Positions 39,101 to 48,612 of a stretch of 64,000 nt of DNA are shown piece after piece. The notes under the pieces are model-generated. The model searched no databases. It saw nothing but the letters and a program-made list of their open reading frames with translations, and was not told the DNA's origin. Source of the stretch: Dehalococcoidia bacterium (GTDB lineage: Bacteria > Chloroflexota > Dehalococcoidia > UBA6926); assembly GCA_965247995.1 (NCBI GenBank), contig OZ252041.1, forward strand, positions 259,411 to 323,410, given 5' to 3'. Every line of letters starts with the position of its first letter. Position 1 is the stretch's first letter. Both the position numbers and the translations under genes were made by a program.

Positions 39101-39236
39101 CGCGACGGATCCGGCGCCACCCCACGCACTAACACAATAAAAACCAGGATGCGGATGTCTGATTCCCTTATTTGAGACTGAATCTCAAGAAACAACGGGT
39201 GGACAGAGAAACCGGTCTGTGAGGAGGTTGCCGAGA

Positions 39237-40532
39237 ATGAAATTGAGGTTTGGAATCGATTCGCCCCTCGGACGTGCCTCGCAGACGTTAGCCCTCGCCT
39301 TCGCTGTCGCGGCGTCCATGGCCTTAGGCGCGTGTTCGAACGCGGACGGCAATCTCACCCAACCGGTACACCCCATCGCAACTGGTTCCGCCAGGACAAG
39401 CGACGCTGAGCTACTTCGCGTCGTAACGACAACCAATTTCGTGGCCGATTGGGTGAGGGCGGTCGGAGGCGACCACGTCGATGTGTTCAGCTTGCTGCCG
39501 GTAGGCGCCGACCCCCACTCGTGGCAACCAGGAGCGGGCGACGTAGCGAAGATCGCTGATGCAAACGTGATCTTCAGCATCGGGCTGGAACTTGAAGCCG
39601 ATTGGCTCGACGAGCTGCTCCGTAACGCCAGCACGGACGTTTCGAAGATCGTGGCCCTCGGTGCCCATGTCGACCCCATCGATCTCATTGCATCGGACGC
39701 TCACGATAGCAACGATGTCGATGTGCGGCGTCCTGTGGTTTTCCCTGGAGGCGGGCCGGCCCCACAAGGGAATCAAGATTCCTATGCCGTGGTGTTGGGA
39801 AGCCGATCGGTCGCTTCCAGCGTAAACGCACGTACCTCTTCACTGGATCTCGTCGACGGACCAGTCCCTATAGGAGCGTTCGGCGTCTTCGCGCCTAGCA
39901 CTAGTTTGATGTTCACTCCGAATCGTGGCTTGGGCGTCGCGATCGCCCGAGACCATGACGACGATAGCGATGACGATCGGGAGGATCAGGACCACAATCG
40001 CGGACCCCGAGACCCGCACTTCTGGTTCGACCCGATACGCGTGAAAGTGGCCGTAGGCGCCATCGTCGCGCGTTTATCGGCCCTCGATCAGGAACGCCGT
40101 GATACCTACCGGCGAGACGCTTCGGCGTACAACAACCAACTCGGCGAACTACACGCGTGGACGGCGGAGCAACTCGAGGCGATACCGAACGAGCGGAGGT
40201 TGCTAGTCACCTCCCACGACAGTCTCGAGTACTTCGCTCGGTTGTACGGATTCGACATCGTGGGAACCGTGCTCCCGTCCAGCACTACAGATGTGGAGGC
40301 ATCGGCCCAGCACCTCGGGGACCTGGTGGAACAGCTCCGTGAGCGTGGCGTGTCCGTGGTCTTCGGCGAAACAACGGTGAGCGAGCGTTTGGCAACTGCA
40401 ATCGCCACCGAGACTGGCGCGACGTTGGTCAGGCTCTACTCCGGCTCGCTCGGCCCCGAAGGCAGTGGCGCCGAGACCTATATCAGCATGATGCGGACGA
40501 ACATCGAGCGGATCGTGGATGCCTTGACATGA
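39237..40532 (+). CDS. znuA: zinc ABC transporter substrate-binding lipoprotein (ZnuA-like) with an extended His/Asp-rich loop
   Basis: Signal peptide plus lipobox (…ASMALGAC), cluster-9 SBP fold, acidic/His loop DHDDDSDDDREDQDHNRGPRDPH. ATG 39237 lies 9 nt after GAGGAGG. Confidence 0.8.
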   Translation: MKLRFGIDSPLGRASQTLALAFAVAASMALGACSNADGNLTQPVHPIATGSARTSDAELLRVVTTTNFVADWVRAVGGDHVDVFSLLPVGADPHSWQPGAGDVAKIADANVIFSIGLELEADWLDELLRNASTDVSKIVALGAHVDPIDLIASDAHDSNDVDVRRPVVFPGGGPAPQGNQDSYAVVLGSRSVASSVNARTSSLDLVDGPVPIGAFGVFAPSTSLMFTPNRGLGVAIARDHDDDSDDDREDQDHNRGPRDPHFWFDPIRVKVAVGAIVARLSALDQERRDTYRRDASAYNNQLGELHAWTAEQLEAIPNERRLLVTSHDSLEYFARLYGFDIVGTVLPSSTTDVEASAQHLGDLVEQLRERGVSVVFGETTVSERLATAIATETGATLVRLYSGSLGPEGSGAETYISMMRTNIERIVDALT

Positions 40533-40691
40533 CCTCCACGGGTTGGCGGCCCTACACTCAATAGTCCCAAGCCTTCACAGACGGAGACGGGCGAACTGGA
40601 CCGTCCACGCCCGTATGTCCCTCTTCGGCCAACAAATCCCGAGACATCGCCACCAACCAATCAGAACCCCCTGGAGCGAAACGATCCCGGT

Positions 40692-41447
40692 ATGGCGGCA
40701 CCACCTGGAATCGCAGTAGAGGACATGACTGTCGAGCGCGACGGGTACATTGTGCTGGACGGTGTCACTTTCGCGGTTGGTTCTGGCGCGCTCGTTGGCG
40801 TCGTCGGCCCGAACGGCGCTGGGAAGAGCACACTATTCGACGCGATCGCGGGCTTCCTGCCGATTACGCGCGGGTCCGTGAGCTTACGCGGCACCGATAC
40901 GCGCAAGGGTGCATTAGCGTACGTCCCACAGCGCGATAGCATTAATTGGCGCTTCCCCGCTACGGTCCTCGATGTCGTCAACATGGGCGGCCGAACTGGT
41001 ATCGGGTTGTTTGGGCGCCGTGCCAGCCGAGACACAGAATTGGTCCGCGATTGCCTGGAACGCGTCGGATTGTGGCAACGGCGTTCAGCCTTGATGACCG
41101 AGCTGTCCGCCGGTCAGCGGCAACGCACGTTTGTGGCACGGGCACTGGCGCAGGAGGCCAGCATTCTGATGTTGGATGAGGCATTCAGCGGCGTCGACGT
41201 CGGTGCCCAAGAGGGTCTTGTCGAGGTGCTCCAGTCGCTACGCGATGAGGGCAAAATAGTCCTATTGGCCACCCATGACCTCACGAACCTGGCCCAGCGC
41301 TTCGACCAAGTGTTGTGTCTAAATCGACACGTGTGCGCCTATGGCCCTCCCGGAGAGGCCTTCACGCCTGAAGTGCTCGAAGAACTGTACGGCTCCCACG
41401 GCATCGACTTCGCACGCCGCGACGGCGACAACGCCGAACGCACATGA
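40692..41447 (+). CDS. znuC: metal ABC transporter ATP-binding protein (ZnuC-like)
   Basis: Walker A GPNGAGKST, signature LSAGQRQR, Walker B ILMLDE. Confidence 0.88.
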   Translation: MAAPPGIAVEDMTVERDGYIVLDGVTFAVGSGALVGVVGPNGAGKSTLFDAIAGFLPITRGSVSLRGTDTRKGALAYVPQRDSINWRFPATVLDVVNMGGRTGIGLFGRRASRDTELVRDCLERVGLWQRRSALMTELSAGQRQRTFVARALAQEASILMLDEAFSGVDVGAQEGLVEVLQSLRDEGKIVLLATHDLTNLAQRFDQVLCLNRHVCAYGPPGEAFTPEVLEELYGSHGIDFARRDGDNAERT

Positions 41448-42268
41448 TCGACTACGTCATTGGGCCTCTGGAATACAGTTTCATGGTGCGGGCCCTGATC
41501 GTTTCCGTCCTGGTTGGCGTGATGTGCCCCGTGCTTGGTGCGTACGTCATCACGCGTGGCCGAGCATTCATGGGCGATGCGCTCGCGCATTCCGTCCTGC
41601 CAGGAATCGTCGTCGCCTTCCTTTTGGGGATCAGCCCATTTTTTGCCGCTGTCCCTGCAGGGATCGCCGTCGCGCTGACGATGGGTTTCGTCGGCCGCCG
41701 CACCGGCCTCAGTGAGGACACCTCGATCGGCGTCATCTTCGCTGGCATGTTCGCACTGGGTCTTGTGATGTTGTCCAGTGCCGAACACGTCGGCGTCGAC
41801 ATCGAAGACCTGCTGCTTGGCCAGGTGCTCGGCGTCTCGCGCACAGACGTCCTGGTTTCGCTTGGGTTGACAACCCTCGTCGTTGCCGGCCTCTACATGT
41901 TTCACCGCCAGTTCGTGTTCACAACCTTCGATCCGATCGGTGCGGCCGTCATCGGGATTCGGACCAGCCTGGTCGAATACGCACTCCTGGCCCTGTTGGC
42001 CCTTGTCATCGTCATCGGCATCCAGGCTGCCGGAATCGTCCTCGTGATGGCCATGCTGATCACTCCCGCCGCGACGGCATACCTGCTTGCTAGACGGTTC
42101 GTCGGCGTTATGCTCTTGGGCGCACAAATCGGCGCCGTTTCCGCGGTCGCAGGTCTCTACTTATCCTTCTATGCGAACCTCCCTTCGGGACCCGCGATGG
42201 CTCTGGTTGCCACCGCCATATTCGCGTTCGTGGCAACCGTGAAGAGGAGTCGCTGGAAGGCAGCCTGA
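41444..42268 (+). CDS. znuB: metal ABC transporter permease (ZnuB-like)
   Basis: 274 aa, about 8 TM helices. Start overlaps the znuC stop. Confidence 0.85.
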   Translation: MIDYVIGPLEYSFMVRALIVSVLVGVMCPVLGAYVITRGRAFMGDALAHSVLPGIVVAFLLGISPFFAAVPAGIAVALTMGFVGRRTGLSEDTSIGVIFAGMFALGLVMLSSAEHVGVDIEDLLLGQVLGVSRTDVLVSLGLTTLVVAGLYMFHRQFVFTTFDPIGAAVIGIRTSLVEYALLALLALVIVIGIQAAGIVLVMAMLITPAATAYLLARRFVGVMLLGAQIGAVSAVAGLYLSFYANLPSGPAMALVATAIFAFVATVKRSRWKAA

Positions 42269-42356
42269 CGAGTCCCAGCGACAGAAGTCGCCCTCATCGA
42301 TGAAGGCTCAGGTAAACTGGCTACATCCAATCTCTCGGCCGAGAGGAGATCGAAAC

Positions 42357-42689
42357 ATGGTGATCCAGGCCAAGCGCGATGGGGAAACGTTAGTAATCAA
42401 GGCCGACGGACGGATCGACGGCGCGAACTCCCACGCCTTCCAGGAGGAATTGGAGTCCGCGATTGGGGATGACGACCGGACGGTGATCCTAAGTTTGGAG
42501 AGCCTCCTCTATATTAGTAGCGCGGGCATCCGAGTCATTCTGATGACCGCGAAGACGCTCCAGCGGAGAGGTGGACGGTTCGCCCTCAGTTCACTTTCCG
42601 AACCGATCCGCGAGGTCTTCGAGATCAGCGGGTTCGACAAGATCATCTCCGTTCATGCCTCGTTGGACGAGGCGCTCTCCGCCACGTAG
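42357..42689 (+). CDS. STAS-domain anti-sigma-factor antagonist (SpoIIAA/RsbV-like)
   Basis: …LSLESLLYISSAGIRVILM… STAS fold with a phosphorylatable Ser. ATG 42357 follows GAGAGGAG. Confidence 0.8.
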   Translation: MVIQAKRDGETLVIKADGRIDGANSHAFQEELESAIGDDDRTVILSLESLLYISSAGIRVILMTAKTLQRRGGRFALSSLSEPIREVFEISGFDKIISVHASLDEALSAT

Positions 42690-42781
42690 ACGAGTGGTCG
42701 CATCAAATCCCCAGCAGGTTTGCGATCCCGCTCACTCGACGCCAGTTGCGCGCCACGCGCTCGTGAGCACGAGAATCCCCG

Positions 42782-43939
42782 GTGACTGAGACTCCGCATA
42801 GAATCCTCGTCGTCGATGACGAGCCGGACCTCGAACCGCTGATGCTACAGCGAATGAGACGCCACATCCGAGAGGGCCACTATGAATTCGTGTTCGCTCG
42901 AAACGGCGTTGAGGCGATCGAACAACTGGAACGCGATCACACGATCGACATGGTGCTGTCCGACATTAACATGCCGCAGATGGACGGTCTAACCCTGCTT
43001 CAGCAGATACCGGCGGTCGACCCCAACATCCGGGCGGTCATCATATCCGCTTACGGAGATATGAAAAACATCCGGACCGCGATGAATCGTGGCGCTTTCG
43101 ATTTTGTGACGAAGCCACTCGACTTCGAGGATCTCCAGGTAACGATAGAGCGGACCCTTCAGCACGTCGCGGATTGGCGTGAAGCGCTCTCTTCGCGGGA
43201 CCAGCTGGTCGCACTACAGAACGAACTTGACGTTGCCAGCGCCATGCAGCAGTCGATCTTGCCTAGTCACTTCCCGGAGAGTCCGGCGTACCAGGTGTTC
43301 GGGACAATGGAACCGGCGCGCAACGTGGGAGGCGATTTCTTTGACGTCGTGCGTCTGGGGAACGAGCGGCTTGGGCTCGCGATCGCCGACGTGTCTGACA
43401 AAGGCGTGCCCGCCGCACTCTTCATGATGTCCAGCCGCACGCTGCTGAAGGGCGCGGCCATCGGCACCGACCACCCCGGTGCGGTCCTCCGTGAAGTAAA
43501 CGAACTGCTCCACGAGGACAACGAGGCTGCGATGTTCGTCACACTCATCTATGCGACCTACGATCCGGAGAACGGCGCCTTTACGTACGCGAACGGCGGG
43601 CACAACCCCCCACTCGTGGTACGCGGTGACGGCAGTTCGTCGTTGCTCCCTTCGACGGATGGGGTCGCGCTTGGACTCGTGGCGGGATTCGATTTCGGGC
43701 AAGCAACCGTCACGCTTTCGCCTGGGGACACCGTCGTCCTGTACACAGACGGCGTCGTCGAGGCGATGAATAAAGAGGACGAGCAGTTCGGAATCGAACG
43801 CCTACAGCAGCTCTTCTTGGCGAACCCTCCGACGGACGCTCGACAAGCCGCAATGGGTATCCTCGACGCCGTCAACACGTTCGCAGGTGACGCGCCTCAA
43901 TTCGACGACATCACCTGTTTATCGCTTCGTCGGGACTGA
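42782..43939 (+). CDS. response-regulator receiver fused to a PP2C (RsbU/SpoIIE-like) phosphatase
   Basis: REC: VVDDEPD, …MVLSDINMP…, …VTKP. PP2C: GGDFFDV, ADVSDKGVPAALFM, DGV…. Confidence 0.88.
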   Translation: MTETPHRILVVDDEPDLEPLMLQRMRRHIREGHYEFVFARNGVEAIEQLERDHTIDMVLSDINMPQMDGLTLLQQIPAVDPNIRAVIISAYGDMKNIRTAMNRGAFDFVTKPLDFEDLQVTIERTLQHVADWREALSSRDQLVALQNELDVASAMQQSILPSHFPESPAYQVFGTMEPARNVGGDFFDVVRLGNERLGLAIADVSDKGVPAALFMMSSRTLLKGAAIGTDHPGAVLREVNELLHEDNEAAMFVTLIYATYDPENGAFTYANGGHNPPLVVRGDGSSSLLPSTDGVALGLVAGFDFGQATVTLSPGDTVVLYTDGVVEAMNKEDEQFGIERLQQLFLANPPTDARQAAMGILDAVNTFAGDAPQFDDITCLSLRRD

Positions 43940-43942
43940 ACC

Positions 43943-44359
43943 GTGACCGCAAGAGTGTCGTTGACCGTCAAGACTCAACGCAGCGAGTTGGAGACCATCT
44001 CCAACGCTGTACAGACGTTGGGCCGACAAGAGGAGTGGTCCGACGCGCTGGTCTTTCGCGTGAACCTGGTCCTCGAGGAGCTAGGCGTGAACATCATGGA
44101 CCATGGACACGACGACGGCGTCCACGACATCGAGATAGCCCTCATCTCAGAGGGCAACACGGTGATCATCGAGGTGACTGACGATGGACGACCATTCAAT
44201 CCGTCGACTGATGCGCCACCGCCGGACTTGGATTCGCCTCTAGAAGACCGGCGTGTCGGTGGCCTGGGACTTCATTTCGTGCGTTCTATTGTGGACGAGT
44301 TGCGTTACCACCGAGAGCATGGCAAGAACCACCTGACACTGATTACCCGCAGGGCGTGA
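43943..44359 (+). CDS. RsbW/SpoIIAB-like anti-sigma factor / serine kinase (HATPase_c)
   Basis: N-box …LEELGVNIMDHG…, G-boxes DDG and GGLGL, 138 aa. GTG 43943 is 4 nt after the preceding stop. Confidence 0.8.
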   Translation: MTARVSLTVKTQRSELETISNAVQTLGRQEEWSDALVFRVNLVLEELGVNIMDHGHDDGVHDIEIALISEGNTVIIEVTDDGRPFNPSTDAPPPDLDSPLEDRRVGGLGLHFVRSIVDELRYHREHGKNHLTLITRRA

Positions 44360-45661
44360 ATGAGGCAGATCGCGCGCGTACCTACGAGGCGCGTGGGCTC
44401 GCCGATAGTCTGGATCGTGCTCGCCGCCATGATCTGCGCGATTGCCGTCTCCTGCTCACGCTCCAGTAATCCGCAGGATCAGGGTGATCCGGCCCCAACC
44501 GCAACTACCGCTGCCCAGGTCGTGGTACCGCCAGGCACCACTCCAGCCGTGCCTGGCGTCGACGGTCAACGCATCCTCTTCGGACAATCCGCTGCATTCA
44601 GCGGCCCGGCCCAAGAGTTGGGTCGTGGCATGCAGCTGGGGATCCGAGCAGCATTCTTTGAAGCAAACCGGCGCGGGGGCGTCCACGGCCGCCAACTCGA
44701 GCTCGTATCCGTCGACGACGCCTACGAGCCAGAGCTTGCTGTCGCCAACACCAACCAGCTCATCGAAGATGATGGCGTGTTCGCGCTGATTGGCGCCGTT
44801 GGCACGCCGACGGCGCGCTCCTCAACTCCGATCACTGCAGAAGCCGGCGTTCCATACATCGCCCCTTTCACCGGGGCAGGGTTCCTGCGGGAAGCCGAGT
44901 GGACCAACGTCGTGAATCTCCGAGCGTCCTACAACCAGGAAACGGAAGAGATGGTCGCTCGGCTAGTTAATGAGCTCGGTCTCTTCAGGATTGGAGTCTT
45001 ACACCAGGATGATTCGTTCGGCCGGTCCGGTTTATACGGAGTCCTTGCTGCGCTCAACCGCCGCGGCATCGAGGCGGCAGCCGTCGCCGTGTACCCGCGA
45101 AATACGTCAGCGGTCAAGACCGCGCTGCTGGAACTCAGACAGCGGGCTCCGGACGCGATCATCATGATCGGCGCGTATGAGCCAGTGGCCTCATTCGTCG
45201 CGTGGTCGCGGCAACTGGACATGGATCCGGTCTTCATGACGGTCTCGTTCGTTGGGAGCAATGCCCTGGCCGACGAGCTTGGTCCGGATGGCGTGGGAGT
45301 GTTCGTAACGCAGGTCGTCCCGTCACCCTTGGATGGCTCGATTCCGGTCGTGGAGGCCTATCGCAACGCGCTGTCGGCCTACGACGCCGACGCCGTCCCA
45401 GGGTTCGTCTCGTTCGAAGGCTACTTGGCCGGCCGTCTGGCCATTGCCGGTCTCGACAGATGCGGAGCCGACGTCGACCGAACGTGTTTCCTAGCCGGCT
45501 TGAGACGCGACGAATTGATTGACATTGATGGATTCATACTCGACTTCGGGGAGAACGATAACCAAGGTTCGGACGCGGTCTTCCTCACGGTAATCGGGGA
45601 GGATGGCGTGCTTCATCCGATCACGACCCTGCGGGGCGCGGAGCCATCATCACGAAGTTGA
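44360..45661 (+). CDS. type-I periplasmic binding protein (LivK/branched-chain-amino-acid-like) lipoprotein
   Basis: Signal/lipobox (…AVSCS), PBP-I fold. ATG overlaps the upstream stop (TGAATG). Confidence 0.8.
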   Translation: MRQIARVPTRRVGSPIVWIVLAAMICAIAVSCSRSSNPQDQGDPAPTATTAAQVVVPPGTTPAVPGVDGQRILFGQSAAFSGPAQELGRGMQLGIRAAFFEANRRGGVHGRQLELVSVDDAYEPELAVANTNQLIEDDGVFALIGAVGTPTARSSTPITAEAGVPYIAPFTGAGFLREAEWTNVVNLRASYNQETEEMVARLVNELGLFRIGVLHQDDSFGRSGLYGVLAALNRRGIEAAAVAVYPRNTSAVKTALLELRQRAPDAIIMIGAYEPVASFVAWSRQLDMDPVFMTVSFVGSNALADELGPDGVGVFVTQVVPSPLDGSIPVVEAYRNALSAYDADAVPGFVSFEGYLAGRLAIAGLDRCGADVDRTCFLAGLRRDELIDIDGFILDFGENDNQGSDAVFLTVIGEDGVLHPITTLRGAEPSSRS

Positions 45662-47817
45662 AGCGCCTCTTCCAGCTGCCGCAGCGCATTTCCACGCAGC
45701 TGTACTTGGGGATTGGCGGCGGAGTGGCGCTCACGGTCACTGCCAGCCTGGTCGGCTGGTTCTCATTCGATCGCGTCGGTGCAGTTCAAAGCCGCGTGAA
45801 CGAAGGGAGCGTTCCGGAGATGGAAGCGGCGTTCGGAGTCGCTCAGTACAGCAGCTTCCTCGTGGCTGCCGGCCCACAGCTAACGTCCGCGCAGACACCA
45901 GGCGATCTCGCTTCGGTGGCCATGAACGTCGACGATGCGCACCGTGCATTCCACGCACAAATGGCAACGCTCGAGGAGCGCATCCCAGAAGATGAGCGTG
46001 TACAACGCATCGAAGCGCGTGCTGAAACGCTGATTCTCAACGTTGAGGAAATCGAGGCGTCGATGTCCGATCTGTTTGTTCTCGCCGATAGCCGAGATGC
46101 GCTGCGCGAGAACCTCACAGAGGTGAACGCCCAACTCGAGGCCATCGTCGTGTCGGCCGTCGACGACCAGTTTTTTTACACCATCACCGGCTTCCGCGAC
46201 CTCGGCGAACCGCAGGCGAACCCTGAGGACTACTTCTCGGAGCGCGAGGTGAGTCTTTATCGCCACTTGGCGGAGCTACAAGCTGATGCCACCATCGCGG
46301 CTCAGGTGCTCGCCAGTGCTTTTAGCCTTTCAGACGCCCACTTGGTCGAACCGCTTCGAGAACGGTTCGAAGCAGCTATTGGCCGGATCGACCAAAACCT
46401 TTCCGCCATCCAAGGCTCGCCCACGCGCAGACAACTCCTTCCGATCCTCAATCGCCTCTCCGCCCTCGGAACCGGGGAAGAGAGCGGTTTCGACGTGCTC
46501 GCGAGCGAGATCACCCTGCGGGACCGTCAGCAAGACCTACTGGCGAATAACCGCGGCATTGGCGTCGATCTCATCGGTGACGTAGACAGCCTCGTGAGCA
46601 CGGCTGATGCCAACGTTCAAGACGCAACTCGAGCCTCGACGCGAGCGATCTTGACAGGCCGAGCACTGCTCCTGGGGATCAGCACGTTCAGTATCGGTGG
46701 TGCGCTGGTAATCTCGTGGCTCTACGTGGGCCGAATCTTGCTGCGCAGGCTCCAGCTGCTGTCAACAAGGATGCGCGACATGGCTGGGGGAGACCTCGAA
46801 GCTGAGGTCCAGATCACCGGCCGAGACGAGGTCGCAGACATGGCCGCAGCGCTCGAGGTATTTCGGAGACATGCCCTCGAAGTCCAGCGCTTGAATTTAG
46901 TAGAACGCCTAGCAGAGGAGCTTCAGGGCAAGAACGAAGAGCTCGAAAGCGTATTGGCGGACCTGCGGCGGGCTCAAGACCAGATTGTCGTGCGCGAGAA
47001 GCTCGCCGCACTCGGTGAACTCACAGCAGGCGTCGCGCACGAGATCAGGAATCCCCTGAACTTTGTCAATAACTTTTCCGAGGTATCAGACGAACTCCTC
47101 ACGGAACTCCAGGAGGCTCTAGAACAGGGAGGAGACACCCTGAGCGCAGAGCAACGCGATCTGATCCGTTCAATCTCCAATGACCTGAGCAGGAATCTGG
47201 AACGCATCCGTACCCATGGCGACCGCGCCAATCGGATCGTCCATGACATGCTCGCGATGGGACGCGGCTCCGGTGAAGCTGAGTCCACGGACATCAATGG
47301 CTTGCTCGACGAATACGCCAACCTCGCCTATCACAGCGCTCGGGCGGCCGATCCGGAGTTCCAAGTCACGATCGAGCGGGACTTCGATCCCACCGTCGGC
47401 CGCCTCGAGGTGATCCCGCAGGACTTGGGTAGGGTTTTCTTGAACATCGTTTCCAACGCGTGCCACGCGACCACTGCGAAGCGGGCCGTTGCCGACCGCT
47501 CCGACTCCTATTCCCCAACGGTTTCCCTGAACACGCGCCGCGCAGACGAGCACGTCGAAGTTCGCATCAGGGACAATGGCACGGGCATTCCTGCCGATGT
47601 CATCGACAAGATATTCAACCCGTTCTTTACGACCAAACCCACGGACCAAGGAACGGGTCTTGGGCTCGCCATAAGCAGCGATATCGTCCGCCAGCACGGT
47701 GGCGACATCCGAGTGAACTCGGAACCTGGCGAGTTCACCGAGATGATTGTTGAGCTCCCGCTGGTTGCACCCTCAATGGACGCACAGCCCCCAACCGATC
47801 GGCAGACCGACAAATAA
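45658..47817 (+). CDS. sensor histidine kinase with a large periplasmic domain (TorS-like, PBP-partnered)
   Basis: TM1, ~300-aa periplasmic domain, TM2, HAMP, coiled coil, H-box VAHEIRNPLN, N/G boxes (…NACHAT…GTGLGL…). TTG 45658 overlaps the SBP stop (TTGA). Confidence 0.88.
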   Translation: MKRLFQLPQRISTQLYLGIGGGVALTVTASLVGWFSFDRVGAVQSRVNEGSVPEMEAAFGVAQYSSFLVAAGPQLTSAQTPGDLASVAMNVDDAHRAFHAQMATLEERIPEDERVQRIEARAETLILNVEEIEASMSDLFVLADSRDALRENLTEVNAQLEAIVVSAVDDQFFYTITGFRDLGEPQANPEDYFSEREVSLYRHLAELQADATIAAQVLASAFSLSDAHLVEPLRERFEAAIGRIDQNLSAIQGSPTRRQLLPILNRLSALGTGEESGFDVLASEITLRDRQQDLLANNRGIGVDLIGDVDSLVSTADANVQDATRASTRAILTGRALLLGISTFSIGGALVISWLYVGRILLRRLQLLSTRMRDMAGGDLEAEVQITGRDEVADMAAALEVFRRHALEVQRLNLVERLAEELQGKNEELESVLADLRRAQDQIVVREKLAALGELTAGVAHEIRNPLNFVNNFSEVSDELLTELQEALEQGGDTLSAEQRDLIRSISNDLSRNLERIRTHGDRANRIVHDMLAMGRGSGEAESTDINGLLDEYANLAYHSARAADPEFQVTIERDFDPTVGRLEVIPQDLGRVFLNIVSNACHATTAKRAVADRSDSYSPTVSLNTRRADEHVEVRIRDNGTGIPADVIDKIFNPFFTTKPTDQGTGLGLAISSDIVRQHGGDIRVNSEPGEFTEMIVELPLVAPSMDAQPPTDRQTDK

Positions 47818-47868
47818 CCGGTCGGGGAACTCGTCGGCACTAGTTGGTATGCCAGCGACCTCAATTAG

Positions 47869-48612
47869 CTAGCGTTCGGTCTCGAAGCGCCCGACCAGTC
47901 CCACCATGCTGTCTTGGTCGTGCCTTGGCACTCTGGCCAACGACATCGCCTGGGGCAGTACGATTCCGCCGGAGAAGATCAGCTTCATCGCTGCGTCGAC
48001 CGTCAAATCGGTCTCGACCACATCGTCTTCCGGAACGAACGCCATGTTCCCAGACGTTGGGTTCGGCACCGTCGGGATGTACACCACTACCATTGATGCA
48101 GTTCGGTCTTCAGAGAACACACGGCCAGTGACAAACCCCATCGCAATCATCCCGTCGCGCGGCCACTCGACGAAAACCACACGGCTGAAGTTGAATTGAG
48201 ACGTCATCGACGTCGCCACCTGTTGGGTGACCCCGAAGATCGTCCTCACGACCGGTACGTGGCCAATGAGCCCACGCCACAGCTCCATCAGTTTTCGCCC
48301 TAACCGGAATGAGATCAACAACCCGACGATATAAAAGATGATGATGAAGACAATGACCCCGATGCCCGTGAAGTCCCACGGGCGACCGGACACGAAGAAC
48401 AGTGGCCGGACCAGGCCATCAGCGTGGCCCACCAGAAACAGGATGACGACAATCGTCGCTAGCAGCGGCGCCAGGTCGAGCAGCCCAGCGACCATTCGGC
48501 GCTGGATATGCCGGTCCATCCGGGATAGGAGGTTTCCCCGCTCCCGTTCTTCGGCTTTCCGGCGCAGTTCTTCTGGACTGTCCAATTTTCGACACCTCCC
48601 GTCCTCGTTCAC
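47869..48612 (-). CDS. DUF502-family membrane protein
   Basis: Two TM helices then a conserved …GHVPVVRTIF… block. Start (GTG 48612) uncertain. Confidence 0.65.
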   Translation of the reverse strand: MNEDGRCRKLDSPEELRRKAEERERGNLLSRMDRHIQRRMVAGLLDLAPLLATIVVILFLVGHADGLVRPLFFVSGRPWDFTGIGVIVFIIIFYIVGLLISFRLGRKLMELWRGLIGHVPVVRTIFGVTQQVATSMTSQFNFSRVVFVEWPRDGMIAMGFVTGRVFSEDRTASMVVVYIPTVPNPTSGNMAFVPEDDVVETDLTVDAAMKLIFSGGIVLPQAMSLARVPRHDQDSMVGLVGRFETER

